Source of the DNA: a candidate division TA06 bacterium
GTDB lineage: Bacteria > Hydrothermota > DG-26 > E44-bin18
Direction of reading: 5' to 3'
Assembly: GCA_004376575.1 (NCBI GenBank)
Contig: SOJN01000148.1
Location: 2 to 64,001, forward strand
DNA: 64,000 nucleotides
Shown here: in pieces, positions 38,464 through 50,592 of the stretch
Layout: each line of letters starts with the position of its first letter
How positions within the stretch are numbered: position 1 is the stretch's first letter
Made by a program: the position numbers and the translations under genes
The notes under the pieces: generated by a model
The model's input: the letters and a program-made list of their open reading frames with translations, nothing else
Databases searched by the model: none
What the model was told of the DNA's origin: nothing

Positions 38464-39843
38464 TCAAGGTTCCCTTCTCATTTTTGAAGGTAGAATTCTC
38501 AACTCATCCCTGTACTTCCCCACGGTCCTCCTTGCCACCTCAAAACCCTCACTCTGAAGAACCTCTGAAATTCTCTTATCACTCAGGGGCTTCTTCTTGT
38601 CCTCATTCTTGATCAGTTCTCCAATCCTTGCTCTCACTGATCTGGAAGAAACTTCCTCTGTCCGATACGACTTGACGGCGCCAGAAAAGAAGAATTTGAG
38701 ATTGAATACACCCTGTGGAGTTTGAATATACTTCCCTCTTATCACTCTGCTAACGGTAGATTCGTGGATCCCCAGCGCATCAGCTACCGTCCTCAGAGTC
38801 ATGGGTTTCAAACTGGTCACACCCCTCTCCAGAAAATCGTTCTGGGTCTCACAAATGAAGCTCATCACCTTCATTATCGTCCGCCTTCTCTCATCCAGTC
38901 CATTGATGAGAAAACGGGCAGAGGCAAGTCTTTTTCTCACAAATTCCCTTTCTTTTTTGGATCTACCTCTCCGGCCGGAGAGCACTTCCTTGTAGGATCT
39001 GCTGATTCTAAGATGCGGAATGTTCGTCTCGTTCAAGAAAACCCTGAATTCATCCTCAGTTCGCTCTATCATCACATCAGGAGTCACGTACCGAACCGCT
39101 GAGCCCCACGCGCCGCTTCCCGGCCTGGGCTGAAGCGCAGAGATGACTCCTATCGCCTTTTGCAGAACCTTCTCGTTTACCCTCAGACTCCTGGCAATGG
39201 CTTGATACCTCTTGTTCTTCAGATCGTTCAGATGCCCCTCTACGATTTTGACCTCTAGTCCACCATCTTTTCCACTGTTGCGAAGCTGAATTAGCAGGCA
39301 CTCCTTGAGTTCTCTCGCCCCCACACCAGGTGGATCCAGACTCTGCACCAGAGCAAGTGCATCTTCGACCTTCTCAACTTCAACACTTAGCGCCGTGGCT
39401 ATTTCTTCCACGTTCACAGAACGCAGGTATCCGTCGTCATCAAGACTGTCCACAATGTATTCGCCGATAAGCATCTGCTCATTCGATTCTGCCTTCAGGT
39501 GAACCTGTGTAATAAGATGATCCCTGAGGCTCGCAGGCACTTCAGGAATCTGCTGGGTGAAGTCCTCTGTTTTTCTCCTATCTGGCTTGTAGGCGGAATC
39601 CAGACCGTCCTGGAGGAACTCAGCCCATTCAAACTCGTCTTCTGGCTCAGAGTCCTCTGCGGTTTCTTCTTCGGGTTGATCCTCCTCCAGCTCCTCCTCA
39701 ACTTCCTCAAGAAGCGGGTTCTGCTGCAGTTCAAGTCTTATCAACTGCTCTAGTTCGAGCCTGGGAAGCTGCAGCAGCTTCAGCAGCTCTATTAGTTGTG
39801 GAGATAATTGTAGCCTTAGATCCAGTCTCAGTTCAGGTTCCAA
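38464..39843 (-). CDS. rpoN: RNA polymerase sigma-54 factor
   Basis: LQQNPLLE, DPPGVGAR, HESTVSR, ARRTVGKYR RpoN box. Confidence 0.96.
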   Translation of the reverse strand: MEPELRLDLRLQLSPQLIELLKLLQLPRLELEQLIRLELQQNPLLEEVEEELEEDQPEEETAEDSEPEDEFEWAEFLQDGLDSAYKPDRRKTEDFTQQIPEVPASLRDHLITQVHLKAESNEQMLIGEYIVDSLDDDGYLRSVNVEEIATALSVEVEKVEDALALVQSLDPPGVGARELKECLLIQLRNSGKDGGLEVKIVEGHLNDLKNKRYQAIARSLRVNEKVLQKAIGVISALQPRPGSGAWGSAVRYVTPDVMIERTEDEFRVFLNETNIPHLRISRSYKEVLSGRRGRSKKEREFVRKRLASARFLINGLDERRRTIMKVMSFICETQNDFLERGVTSLKPMTLRTVADALGIHESTVSRVIRGKYIQTPQGVFNLKFFFSGAVKSYRTEEVSSRSVRARIGELIKNEDKKKPLSDKRISEVLQSEGFEVARRTVGKYRDELRILPSKMRREP

Positions 39844-39864
39844 TTGAGCTTTCCCTTTCCGTCG

Positions 39865-40593
39865 TTACATCTTGAAGTCAGGACCAAGGTAGAGCTCTCT
39901 CGCCTTCTTGTCCTCTATGAGCTCGGTCGCGGTACCCGATAAGAGAATCTTCCCTTCATAGATTATATACGCTTTATCCGTAATTTCAAGTGTTTCTCGC
40001 ACATTGTGGTCGGTGATCAAGACCCCCAAGCCCTTCGCACGAAGTTGTCTGATTATCTCCTGTATGTCACCTCTGACAATAGGATCGATGCCGGTAAAAG
40101 GCTCATCCAGCAAAAGAAAGTGAGGGTCCGTGGTGAGCGCCCTGGCTATCTCCAGTCTCCTTCTCTCCCCGCCAGAAAGACTTCCGGCCACCTGGCGCCC
40201 AAGGTGAGTAATCTTGAGCTCCTTCATCAAATCGGAAAGCCTTTCTGCCTGTTCTGCCTTGCTCAGATTCATGGTCTGAAGAATCCCAAGTATGTTCTCC
40301 TCCACGGTCAGTTTTCTGAACACCGAGGGCTCCTGAGACAGATAGCCTATCCCCTTCCGGGCCCTCTGATACATGGGATGTCTGGTCAATTCTTCCTCGT
40401 CAAGATAGATCCTGCCACCGTCAGGCCTTATCATTCCCACTATCACGTAGAAGGTTGTTGTCTTACCAGCCCCATTGGGGCCTAGAAGGCCTACTATCTC
40501 ACCCTCAGCAACCTGTATGCTGACACTGTTGACCACCTTTTTCCCACGATAAGACTTGCTTACATTCTCTGTCCTGAGAACTGCCACTCTCAT
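39865..40593 (-). CDS. lptB: LPS export ABC transporter ATPase
   Basis: GPNGAGKTT, LSGGERRR, LDEPFTGIDP, ITDHNVRETL. Confidence 0.95.
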   Translation of the reverse strand: MRVAVLRTENVSKSYRGKKVVNSVSIQVAEGEIVGLLGPNGAGKTTTFYVIVGMIRPDGGRIYLDEEELTRHPMYQRARKGIGYLSQEPSVFRKLTVEENILGILQTMNLSKAEQAERLSDLMKELKITHLGRQVAGSLSGGERRRLEIARALTTDPHFLLLDEPFTGIDPIVRGDIQEIIRQLRAKGLGVLITDHNVRETLEITDKAYIIYEGKILLSGTATELIEDKKARELYLGPDFKM

Positions 40594-41618
40594 TCCCCTT
40601 TAGGTTTCATATGATAGGTACCTTTTGCTGAACCACTGACGGTCACTTGACTGACCTTACCCTCCTCAAAATCGACTATCATCTCATCTCCAGAGACCTC
40701 GTTCGTTTCCTGCTCGCTTATTCGATAGAATGCTTGGGCACCTGAGATCAAAACAGCTCTTCTGAGCTTCCTGTTCGTGAACTCAAGTGTCAGGCTGGCT
40801 GATTCCATTCTGTTTTCGTTTTCAGTAATGACTGGTTTACCCAGTAAGGTTGCAGTTTCATCTCTGCTCATGTACACTAGAGTGTCACAGGTCGCCACCA
40901 CGTCTCCCTGATATACTCTGACATCTCCTGTCACCAGCGCCTTTCCTTGTTTTGTGAATGTTTCCATCGTCTGTGCTGTGATGAGTATCCGTTCTTCTCC
41001 TGACGCAGTCAGGACAGGGCTTTCTTCCATTATGCCACGATCTTCTTCAAAATAGTACGTGCCCTTCCCTCCCTCGACATTCATATCATTCACTTTGTCT
41101 TTGAAGCTGACTGAGCCGGTGGCAACTGCGATGCGGCTGTCTCTGTGGTAGACCACCTCGTCGGCCTGCACCAACTGGCGTTCATCCTCTATCTTTACAA
41201 ACCCTCGGAGTAGAGCCTTCTTCTCACCCCGGTAGTACTCTGCGGTTTGAGAGGACATTATCGTTTCACCATCAACTATGTGAACTCCTCCTTCAAGAAT
41301 CGCTACATCCCTGGCTTCTATCGCCCTACCACACTGGCTGGTTATCACTGCTGGACCGTGAGTTATGGTCACCCCACCTCGAAGGAAAGTCACTCTCCCC
41401 TTCTTGGTATTTCTAACCTCCACCGTCTTCGCCCTTACCGTGTACTTCTCACCGGTACGCTCGAGGATCTGCTGGTTTTCTACAATACACGGCATCAAAA
41501 CAAGAATCAACATGGCCGACAATATGAACCATATCTTGAGGAATTGCAAACGTGCCTCACCAGGACCTTTCCGTTCAGCTCCTGGCCTATTCCAATTCCG
41601 AATCTTCTGTCTCCGCAC
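40590..41618 (-). CDS. lptA: LptA/OstA-like beta-jellyroll protein (start uncertain)
   Basis: Repeated beta-taco motifs (ADEVVY, ATGSV, VTGDV) between lptC and lptB. Confidence 0.7.
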   Translation of the reverse strand: MRRQKIRNWNRPGAERKGPGEARLQFLKIWFILSAMLILVLMPCIVENQQILERTGEKYTVRAKTVEVRNTKKGRVTFLRGGVTITHGPAVITSQCGRAIEARDVAILEGGVHIVDGETIMSSQTAEYYRGEKKALLRGFVKIEDERQLVQADEVVYHRDSRIAVATGSVSFKDKVNDMNVEGGKGTYYFEEDRGIMEESPVLTASGEERILITAQTMETFTKQGKALVTGDVRVYQGDVVATCDTLVYMSRDETATLLGKPVITENENRMESASLTLEFTNRKLRRAVLISGAQAFYRISEQETNEVSGDEMIVDFEEGKVSQVTVSGSAKGTYHMKPKGE

Positions 41619-42201
41619 GGAAGTTCCTTTGTATTTCTATGTGGTCAAGACCCGGGTCGGAGACCAGTCCATCTCCGGTTATGATGGTGCTCCCCTTGGT
41701 CACCCTGACTGAACCCTCAGTCCTTATCTTTTCCTCTTTGGAGACCCATTTCAGGCTGTCGGTCTCCAGAACAGCGCTGTCTCCAGAGACCACGCTAACG
41801 TGTCCCATGGCCTTCATGTCACCGCTTTCAAGATAGTAAATCCCGCTGTCTGACTTGAGAGTCGAGAATAGCTTTTCATCTCTGGAGTAAAACTCAATCT
41901 GCGTATCATACAGGTTTATCTGGCTCTTCTCCCTGTAACTCTTTGCCAATCTGGCCTTCAATACCCAGGCTTTTCTCCCTTCAACTGTCTGCGTGAGCGT
42001 GAAACCTTCAACAACTTCCAGAGCATCCGTCTGGATGGGCTCATTCTCACCGTACTGATTGTTGCAGCCTACGGCCATCAGGGACAATAGAAAAAAGGCC
42101 ATAGCGAATCCTTGAAAAGCGAAGACGCCCCCCGGCGCCCCTCTTATTGCAGAATTCTTCTTTGGTTTCGCTGAAGTGTCGTCAACTCTCGAATTTGTCA
42201 T
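41587..42201 (-). CDS. lptC: LPS export periplasmic protein LptC (start uncertain, 42201 or 42102)
   Basis: Hydrophobic segment with LMAVGC, WVLKA, LETDSLKW, ITGDGL. Confidence 0.8.
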   Translation of the reverse strand: MTNSRVDDTSAKPKKNSAIRGAPGGVFAFQGFAMAFFLLSLMAVGCNNQYGENEPIQTDALEVVEGFTLTQTVEGRKAWVLKARLAKSYREKSQINLYDTQIEFYSRDEKLFSTLKSDSGIYYLESGDMKAMGHVSVVSGDSAVLETDSLKWVSKEEKIRTEGSVRVTKGSTIITGDGLVSDPGLDHIEIQRNFRAETEDSELE

Positions 42202-43060
42202 GCATCCAAACCCATTCTGTGGGATGCTTCCGTATGAGGGCTTCCACAGCTTTTGAGCAGATCCTGGCACAGAAGGGTATGTCCTTCCTGGGATCTTTGG
42301 TCTTTTTGAAATCTATCGGGTCACATATCTCTATGATATGCTTTCCGTGACTTCCTCTATGAATGGCGAGCGGTACTATGGGTGCTTTCGCTCTCATTGA
42401 GAGAACCACGGGCCCCCTGGTCACCCTGCTTTTCCCTCCAAAGAAGTCGACGGGGACTCCAGACTGGTTCGCCCGCTCATCAATCAGGAGGCCAAGAGCT
42501 CTCCCTCTGTAAAGACACTTTAAAGCTCCTCGCCAGTTCCTATCATCAATGAATTCAATCCCTTTTTCAGCCCGGAACGAACGGACTATAGAATCTATCT
42601 TGGAATCGTAGACCCTCCTCCCCACGACACTAACCGGGTATCCGCAAAGAGAAAAGTATGCTGGCAATAACTCCCAGCAGCCAAGATGACCTGTTATCAC
42701 TATGAGCCCTCTTCCTCTGGCCATTGCCCTCTCAAACTTCTCCAGCCCCCTCACCGAAACAATGTCCTTCACGTTATTCTTACTTACAATGGGCAGCCTT
42801 AAGGTATCGGCCAGGTTTCTACCGAGCTGGATGAAAACCCTTCTGGTCATACTCAGGAGCTCTTTCTCAGACATCGAGTCTCCATAGCCTATCCTTAGAT
42901 TTTCGAGAGCCTTCCTGCTCTGTTTTGGGATGGCCAGGTAAATAAGGACCCCGGCAAAGGAGCCAATCCCTATGGCAGTGCTTCGGGAAACAGAGAGGAC
43001 AATGACGCTCAGGACCCTCACGCCCAGATATACGTACAGGTGTCTCAGCCTTCTCCTCAT
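42182..43060 (-). CDS. Lipid A biosynthesis acyltransferase (LpxL/HtrB family)
   Basis: TGHLGCWE, VDFFG, HPTEWVWMH. Confidence 0.88.
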   Translation of the reverse strand: MRRRLRHLYVYLGVRVLSVIVLSVSRSTAIGIGSFAGVLIYLAIPKQSRKALENLRIGYGDSMSEKELLSMTRRVFIQLGRNLADTLRLPIVSKNNVKDIVSVRGLEKFERAMARGRGLIVITGHLGCWELLPAYFSLCGYPVSVVGRRVYDSKIDSIVRSFRAEKGIEFIDDRNWRGALKCLYRGRALGLLIDERANQSGVPVDFFGGKSRVTRGPVVLSMRAKAPIVPLAIHRGSHGKHIIEICDPIDFKKTKDPRKDIPFCARICSKAVEALIRKHPTEWVWMHDKFES

Positions 43061-43061
43061 C

Positions 43062-44024
43062 CTAGACTACACCTGCCCTCATAAGGTCGTGCAAATGTAC
43101 TACACCAATAGGACATTTCTCACCATCCACAACCAGAAGGGCGGTGATACCGCGGTCCTCCATCATCTTCACCGCCTTCGCAGCCAGAGAGTTCTTATCT
43201 ATCGTCCTGGGGTTCCTGCTCATCACCTCTCCACATTTGAGCGAAAAGATGTCAGAGGTTTTCTCGAGGAGTCTCCTCAGATCACCATCCGTTATGACAC
43301 CCACGAGCTTACCACCGTCATCCACCACAGAGGTTATGCCTCTCTTTGAGGTCATCTCGAGGATTGCTTCCTTCATGGGGGAGTCATGTTTCACTTTGGG
43401 TACATACGTGCCCGTCAGCATCATATCCTCTACCTGGGCAAGTTTTTTCCCCAGCCTGCCACCGGGATGGAGTTTAGCAAAATCTTCCGGCTTGAAGTCC
43501 CTCAGGCTGAGGAGGGCAACTGCCATGGCATCGCCCATAACGAGAGCCGCAGTAGTCGAAGACGTAGGAACAAGACCATGGGGACATGCTTCTGAATCGA
43601 CAGAGACATCCAGTACAATGTCTGCACTCCTGGCAAGCCTGGAGTCAAGATCTCCTATGAGCCCTATGATCAATACCCCCAGACGCTTAAATACAGGTAT
43701 CAACTGATTAACCTCTTCTGTCTCCCCACTCTTGGATATTGCGACAGCCACATCATTTTCGCTGACAAGGCCGATGTCCCCATGAATCCCTTCTGCCGGA
43801 TGTAAAAAGAATGACGGTGTTCCGGTCGATGAAAAAGTAGCAGCCACCTTCTTGGCAATAATACCCGATTTTCCCATACCAGTGACGACCACCCTTCCCT
43901 TGCAGGAGAATATGAGCTTGACCGCATCCTCAAACGACTTGCCTATGCGGTCCACGAGTCCGCTCACTGCGAGGCACTCTTTTCTTATCGCTTCCTTCCC
44001 TGCCTCGATTACCTTATTTTTCAT
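43062..44024 (-). CDS. kdsD: Arabinose-5-phosphate isomerase (KpsF/GutQ)
   Basis: TGMGKSG, HPAEGIHGDIG, PTSST, HPGG, CBS pair. Confidence 0.93.
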   Translation of the reverse strand: MKNKVIEAGKEAIRKECLAVSGLVDRIGKSFEDAVKLIFSCKGRVVVTGMGKSGIIAKKVAATFSSTGTPSFFLHPAEGIHGDIGLVSENDVAVAISKSGETEEVNQLIPVFKRLGVLIIGLIGDLDSRLARSADIVLDVSVDSEACPHGLVPTSSTTAALVMGDAMAVALLSLRDFKPEDFAKLHPGGRLGKKLAQVEDMMLTGTYVPKVKHDSPMKEAILEMTSKRGITSVVDDGGKLVGVITDGDLRRLLEKTSDIFSLKCGEVMSRNPRTIDKNSLAAKAVKMMEDRGITALLVVDGEKCPIGVVHLHDLMRAGVV

Positions 44025-44542
44025 TCCAACTCTGCCAGATACTTGTTGAGCGTCTCCTCCCACACCCCTTTGGCCTTCAAAATGGCTTCCACCGCTTCCC
44101 TCACTGCACCCTCTCCACCTCCACTCTCGGTTACCAGAACGGCAACCTCCTTCACCTCCGGCATCGCATTTGCCACCGCAATGGGCAACCCAACCTTCCT
44201 CATGGGCACAATGTCAACTATATCGTCTCCAATATATGCCACTTCTTCTGCCGAGAACCCATAGCGCCGCATTATCTCCTTCAAACAGTCCCACTTTCTT
44301 TTCACTCCCTGGTGCAGCTCTATGATACCCAGGTCCGTTGCCCTTCTCGAAACTGGTTCAGACTCTCTCACACTGATGAACGCTATTTCCAGTCTTGCCC
44401 TCCTCGCAAGAGTGATACCCATGCCATCCACAACAGCAAACTGCTTCTCTTCTGAGTCAGAAGAATAGATTATTTTCCCGTCAGTGAGCACACCATCAAC
44501 ATCGATGGCTATCAGCCTTATCTTTTCTGCCTTCTCTTTCAT
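44021..44542 (-). CDS. kdsC: KDO 8-phosphate phosphatase
   Basis: DVDGVLTDG, IGDDIVD, GGEGAVRE. Confidence 0.93.
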   Translation of the reverse strand: MKEKAEKIRLIAIDVDGVLTDGKIIYSSDSEEKQFAVVDGMGITLARRARLEIAFISVRESEPVSRRATDLGIIELHQGVKRKWDCLKEIMRRYGFSAEEVAYIGDDIVDIVPMRKVGLPIAVANAMPEVKEVAVLVTESGGGEGAVREAVEAILKAKGVWEETLNKYLAELE

Positions 44543-45381
44543 TACTCCTCCATCCGCTTAGCTCTCACTATCTCGTCTATCTCTTTCAACTCCTTTAGCA
44601 GTTCTTCCAGATAGGAGATCGGAAGCATACTGCAGGCATCGCATTTTGCCTGTTGTGGATCTTCGTGCACCTCAATGAATATTCCATCACACCCTGCAGC
44701 AACCGCGGCTCGCGCAAGATGAGGAACATACTGAGGTTCACCCCCAGCAGACTCGCTGGAGGGGGTACCATAAATCCTCACCGAATGGGTCACGTCAAAG
44801 ATGACCGGGTAACCAAACGATGCGAGTATGGGAAAAGACCTCATGTCCACAACCAGGCTATTGTACCCGAAGCAGGAACCTCTCTCAGTCAACATTATCT
44901 TCCTGTTCCCGGTGTGCTCGATCTTACCTATGGAGTCCTTCATCTCCTTGGGGCCGATAAATTGCCCTTTCTTTATGTTGACCGGCTTTCCCGCTGTCCC
45001 TACGGCCAGGGCGAGACTTGTTTGCTGTGAAAGATAGGCAGGAATCTGCAGAACGTCCAGAACCTCTGCGGCCGCGTCCACCTCATATCTGCAGTGAACA
45101 TCTGACAGAACCGGCACTCCAATCTCCCTCTTCACCTTTTCCAGTATCCTTAACCCAACATCAAGGCCCGGGCCTGTGTACGCCGTTGCTTTTGACCTGT
45201 TGTCCTTTGTATACGAAGATTTGAATATGAACCCCATCTGCAATCCTGCAGCGATCTTCTTTATCGCTTCCGCAGCCCTCAGCGAAGACTCTTCGTTCTC
45301 TATCACACAGGGCCCTGCAATCAAGACCAGCGGACTTGCTCGCCCAACAGAAACTTCCCTCACCTTCAGGTCTGTAGTCAT
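44542..45381 (-). CDS. kdsA: KDO 8-phosphate synthase
   Basis: IAGPCVIE, KKGQF, ERG..FGY, FDVTHSV. Confidence 0.95.
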   Translation of the reverse strand: MTTDLKVREVSVGRASPLVLIAGPCVIENEESSLRAAEAIKKIAAGLQMGFIFKSSYTKDNRSKATAYTGPGLDVGLRILEKVKREIGVPVLSDVHCRYEVDAAAEVLDVLQIPAYLSQQTSLALAVGTAGKPVNIKKGQFIGPKEMKDSIGKIEHTGNRKIMLTERGSCFGYNSLVVDMRSFPILASFGYPVIFDVTHSVRIYGTPSSESAGGEPQYVPHLARAAVAAGCDGIFIEVHEDPQQAKCDACSMLPISYLEELLKELKEIDEIVRAKRMEE

Positions 45382-45395
45382 CTCTTTTTCTTCCC

Positions 45396-47165
<1,770 letters not shown>

Positions 47166-47180
47166 TCAGTTATTGGTCTC

Positions 47181-47924
47181 TCACGCTCTGGATTTCTCCT
47201 CCCGGAGTACTTGTTCCACACGTTCAATGTCTTCCGGCGTGTCGACTGCCGGACCCCACTCACTGACTTTAACCACGCGGATCCGCACTCCCTGTTCAAG
47301 GGCCCGGAGCTGTTCAAGCCCCTCCGCAATCTCAAGAGGACTGGGAGGAGACGCAGCAAGCCTGTCCAATACATCACGCCTGTAACCATACACACCTACG
47401 TGCTTATAGAACTCAAAAGGATGAGATCCTATCACATAGGGAATCTTTGAGCGAGAAAAGTAGATGGCCTCATCATTCATGTCAAGAACAACTTTTGCGC
47501 ATGAGTCGCTTTCCAGCTCAGTCGGGTCAGCAATCTTGCAGGCAAGAGTTGCCATTCCCACGGCCGGGTTGGATGTCATCTCGCTCACCAACTTGTCAAT
47601 AGATTCCGGCCTCAAGAGAGGCTCATCCCCCTGGATGTTGACGACAACTGAGCCAGGTACTTTCGAAATAGCCTCTGCAACCCTATCAGTCCCTGTTGGA
47701 TGTTCCGTTGAAGTCATGACAACCTTGGCTCCAAAGCCCTTTGCTGCCTCGGCAACGCGGTCATCATCTGTTGCTATGAGGAGCTCAGTGATGAGTCGGC
47801 AGGAGCTCGCCCTCTCATACACGTGCTGCAACATTGGCCTGCCCAGGATGGAGGCCAGTGGTTTGCCCGGGAACCTCACAGAATTCCACCGCGCCGGAAT
47901 GACCCCTATGACACCCCCTCCCAC
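47181..47924 (-). CDS. kdsB: CMP-KDO synthetase
   Basis: IPARWNSVRFPGKPL, TGTDR, QGDEP, EGLEQLRAL. Confidence 0.95.
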   Translation of the reverse strand: MGGGVIGVIPARWNSVRFPGKPLASILGRPMLQHVYERASSCRLITELLIATDDDRVAEAAKGFGAKVVMTSTEHPTGTDRVAEAISKVPGSVVVNIQGDEPLLRPESIDKLVSEMTSNPAVGMATLACKIADPTELESDSCAKVVLDMNDEAIYFSRSKIPYVIGSHPFEFYKHVGVYGYRRDVLDRLAASPPSPLEIAEGLEQLRALEQGVRIRVVKVSEWGPAVDTPEDIERVEQVLREEKSRA

Positions 47925-47926
47925 TT

Positions 47927-49681
47927 CTAGTCAGGCTCCTCCTGGTAGGGAACTTCTTCTTCGTTGTCTCTTTTCGTTAGTCTCTTCCTCTCTCTCCGCT
48001 TCTTCGGGCGAGACCGGGCTTCACCAACCGCGTCTCTTGCTGGTACACTCTTTGCCTGGTAGAACGCTTTTTCGCTAAGAACAACTCTGCGCGACTCCCT
48101 GTTCACCTCTATGAGCACAAGATCAAGTTCCTCGTCCACGCCATACTTGTCAGCCGGAACACTCATGTCCTCCCTAATCAAATGCGAGAAAGGTACAAAT
48201 CCCCGGACATCATCTTCGAGCTCCACAATCAACCCCTGTTCCAGGAGCTCTGCCACCTTCCCCTTCATTTCCAACCCAATCTCATTGCTGCCGCTGAAAT
48301 TCTCCAGCGGGTCTTCTTGAGTCTGTTTCATCCCCAGAGATATTCTTCTGTTTTCTCTGTCGATGCTCAGGACAACCACCTCCACCTTTTCACCTCTTTT
48401 GACCACTTCGCTAGGGTGGTTGATTCTCCTGGTCCAGGACATGTCTGATATGTGAACAAGCCCATCAATGCCATCTTCTATTTCTACGAAGGCCCCAAAA
48501 TTTGTGAGGGTCCTCACTTTTCCGGAAATTGTACTCCCCACAGGGAACCTCTCCTCAAGGGTCTCCCATGGGTCGGCCATGGTCTGTTTCAGCCCCAGAG
48601 ATATCCTTTCATTCTCCTTGTCGATACTGAGCACCACAGCATCAATGATGTCTCCAATGGCAACGACTTGACTGGGATGGTGTATCCGTCTGGTCCACGC
48701 CATTTCAGATATGTGGACCAGCCCCTCGACACCTTTTTCGAGTTCCACAAATGCTCCATAGTCGGTTATTGAGACTACCTTTCCTCTCACCTTTGACTCA
48801 ACCGGGTGCTTCTCTTCTATCTTCTCCCAGGGGTATTCGGTCAGCTGCTTCAGGCCCAGAGAAACCCGCATCTTCTGGTGGTCGATTCCAATTACCTTTG
48901 TATTTATCTTGTCTCCAATGGCGACAAGCTCAGAAGGGTGGATTACCCGGCCCCAGGACATGTCGGTTATGTGCAACAGGCCGTCGACGCCGCCCAAATC
49001 GATGAAGGCGCCAAAGTCAGTGATGTTCTTCACAATGCCTTCCCTCACCTGACCAACTTCAAGCTCCTTGAGCAGTCTGGTTCTTGCTTCTTCCCTCTCA
49101 ATCTCGAGTACGGCTCGCCTTGAAACGACGATGTTTCTCCTCTTCCAATTCAGCTTGATAATCCTGAACTCATGCGTGGTGCCGACAAGCTTGTCCATGT
49201 CCTTGACCGGATGGAGGTCTATTTGAGAACCTGGAAGGAAAGCATCCACAGCCAGAACTTCGACTATCATGCCTCCTCGCACGCGTCGGGTTATCACACC
49301 CTCAAGGGGCATTTTATCATCGTATGCCGATTTGATCGTGTCCCATACACGCAGGAAGTCGGCCTTCTGTTTGGACAGAACGGCAAAGCCTTCATCGTCC
49401 TCAGTCTCTTCCAGAAAAACGTCAATCTCATCGCCGACTTTCAGGGCCTCCGGGTCCTTGAACTCTGACAGAGGGATTATCCCTTCTGACTTGAGACCCA
49501 CATCTATGATCGCCTCTTTTCCCCCGATTTTGACGACAGAGCCCTTGATCACCTTGCCCTCTTCCACATTACCAATGGACTCCATGTAGAGCTCCATCAT
49601 CTCTTCCTGAGATAGTTCCTCCTCCTTGATTTCTATCTCAGGGCTCTCTTCCGAATCGACTTTCTTTTCTTTCTCAGACAT
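47927..49681 (-). CDS. rpsA: 30S ribosomal protein S1
   Basis: Six S1 repeats (FGAFIDLGGVDGLLH etc.). Confidence 0.97.
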   Translation of the reverse strand: MSEKEKKVDSEESPEIEIKEEELSQEEMMELYMESIGNVEEGKVIKGSVVKIGGKEAIIDVGLKSEGIIPLSEFKDPEALKVGDEIDVFLEETEDDEGFAVLSKQKADFLRVWDTIKSAYDDKMPLEGVITRRVRGGMIVEVLAVDAFLPGSQIDLHPVKDMDKLVGTTHEFRIIKLNWKRRNIVVSRRAVLEIEREEARTRLLKELEVGQVREGIVKNITDFGAFIDLGGVDGLLHITDMSWGRVIHPSELVAIGDKINTKVIGIDHQKMRVSLGLKQLTEYPWEKIEEKHPVESKVRGKVVSITDYGAFVELEKGVEGLVHISEMAWTRRIHHPSQVVAIGDIIDAVVLSIDKENERISLGLKQTMADPWETLEERFPVGSTISGKVRTLTNFGAFVEIEDGIDGLVHISDMSWTRRINHPSEVVKRGEKVEVVVLSIDRENRRISLGMKQTQEDPLENFSGSNEIGLEMKGKVAELLEQGLIVELEDDVRGFVPFSHLIREDMSVPADKYGVDEELDLVLIEVNRESRRVVLSEKAFYQAKSVPARDAVGEARSRPKKRRERKRLTKRDNEEEVPYQEEPD

Positions 49682-49700
49682 TGATTTGACTCCCCCTTTG

Positions 49701-50573
49701 TCAATGAAATGCGCGCCCCCTCAACACTGTGTGTTCTGCGCCTGCGCCAATTAGGTCTATCACGTCTTCGATTATCCAGTCTGGAGTAGACGCACCTGCC
49801 GTGATCCCCAACTTGTGACTATTGCGGAACCATGCTGGGTCAAGTTCTTTAGCAGTCTCAATGTGGTAGGTCCGTTTCCCAACGCTTCTACAGAGCTCGG
49901 CAAGACGGGAAGTGTTCGCACTGTTCTTGCCGCCAAGCACGATCATCAGATCGACCTCCTCTGCAAGGTTGAGCGTTGACTCTTGGCGGAGTGTGGTTGC
50001 ACTACAAATAGTATTGTATATCTTCAGTTCAGTCGCAATCTCAAGAAGTGTTGAAATCACAGACTGGAACTTATCCAGCAAAAGAGTCGTCTGGGCAATC
50101 ACACCTATTTTCCTGCTCGCGATTCGAAGTCGGGGATCGTTATCTCTGTAGTCTAGAACTACGGCTCTATCACCCGCGTGACCCAGGATGCCTTTCACCT
50201 CAGGGTGGTCAGCTTCTCCTACCACCACTACCTGGTAACCCTGAGACCCCAGGGAGAAAGCCAGCTCCTGGGCCTTCCTCACAAAGGGACAGGTCGCATC
50301 GACCACAGTGATTCCTCTCGACTTAGCCTCCGACATTATCTTAGGAGGAACCCCATGGGAGCGGATAATAACAGTCCCTTTACGTATGTCAGAAAGAGAC
50401 TGAATGGGTTTCACCCCTTTCTTCTCCAGCTCCTGTACAGCCTGAGGGTTGTGTATTAGCGAACCATACGTGTAGACAGGTACATGGCCCCTCTTTGCTG
50501 TCTGAAACGCTATTTTTATTGCCCTTTTGACTCCAAAACAGAAACCTGAGTATTCCGCCAAGAAAACCTTCAT
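49701..50573 (-). CDS. ispH: HMBPP reductase
   Basis: GFCFGV, IHNP, RSHG, DATCP, TIC, SANT. Confidence 0.95.
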   Translation of the reverse strand: MKVFLAEYSGFCFGVKRAIKIAFQTAKRGHVPVYTYGSLIHNPQAVQELEKKGVKPIQSLSDIRKGTVIIRSHGVPPKIMSEAKSRGITVVDATCPFVRKAQELAFSLGSQGYQVVVVGEADHPEVKGILGHAGDRAVVLDYRDNDPRLRIASRKIGVIAQTTLLLDKFQSVISTLLEIATELKIYNTICSATTLRQESTLNLAEEVDLMIVLGGKNSANTSRLAELCRSVGKRTYHIETAKELDPAWFRNSHKLGITAGASTPDWIIEDVIDLIGAGAEHTVLRGRAFH

Positions 50574-50592
50574 GCTCCTCTCCAAGGTGGAT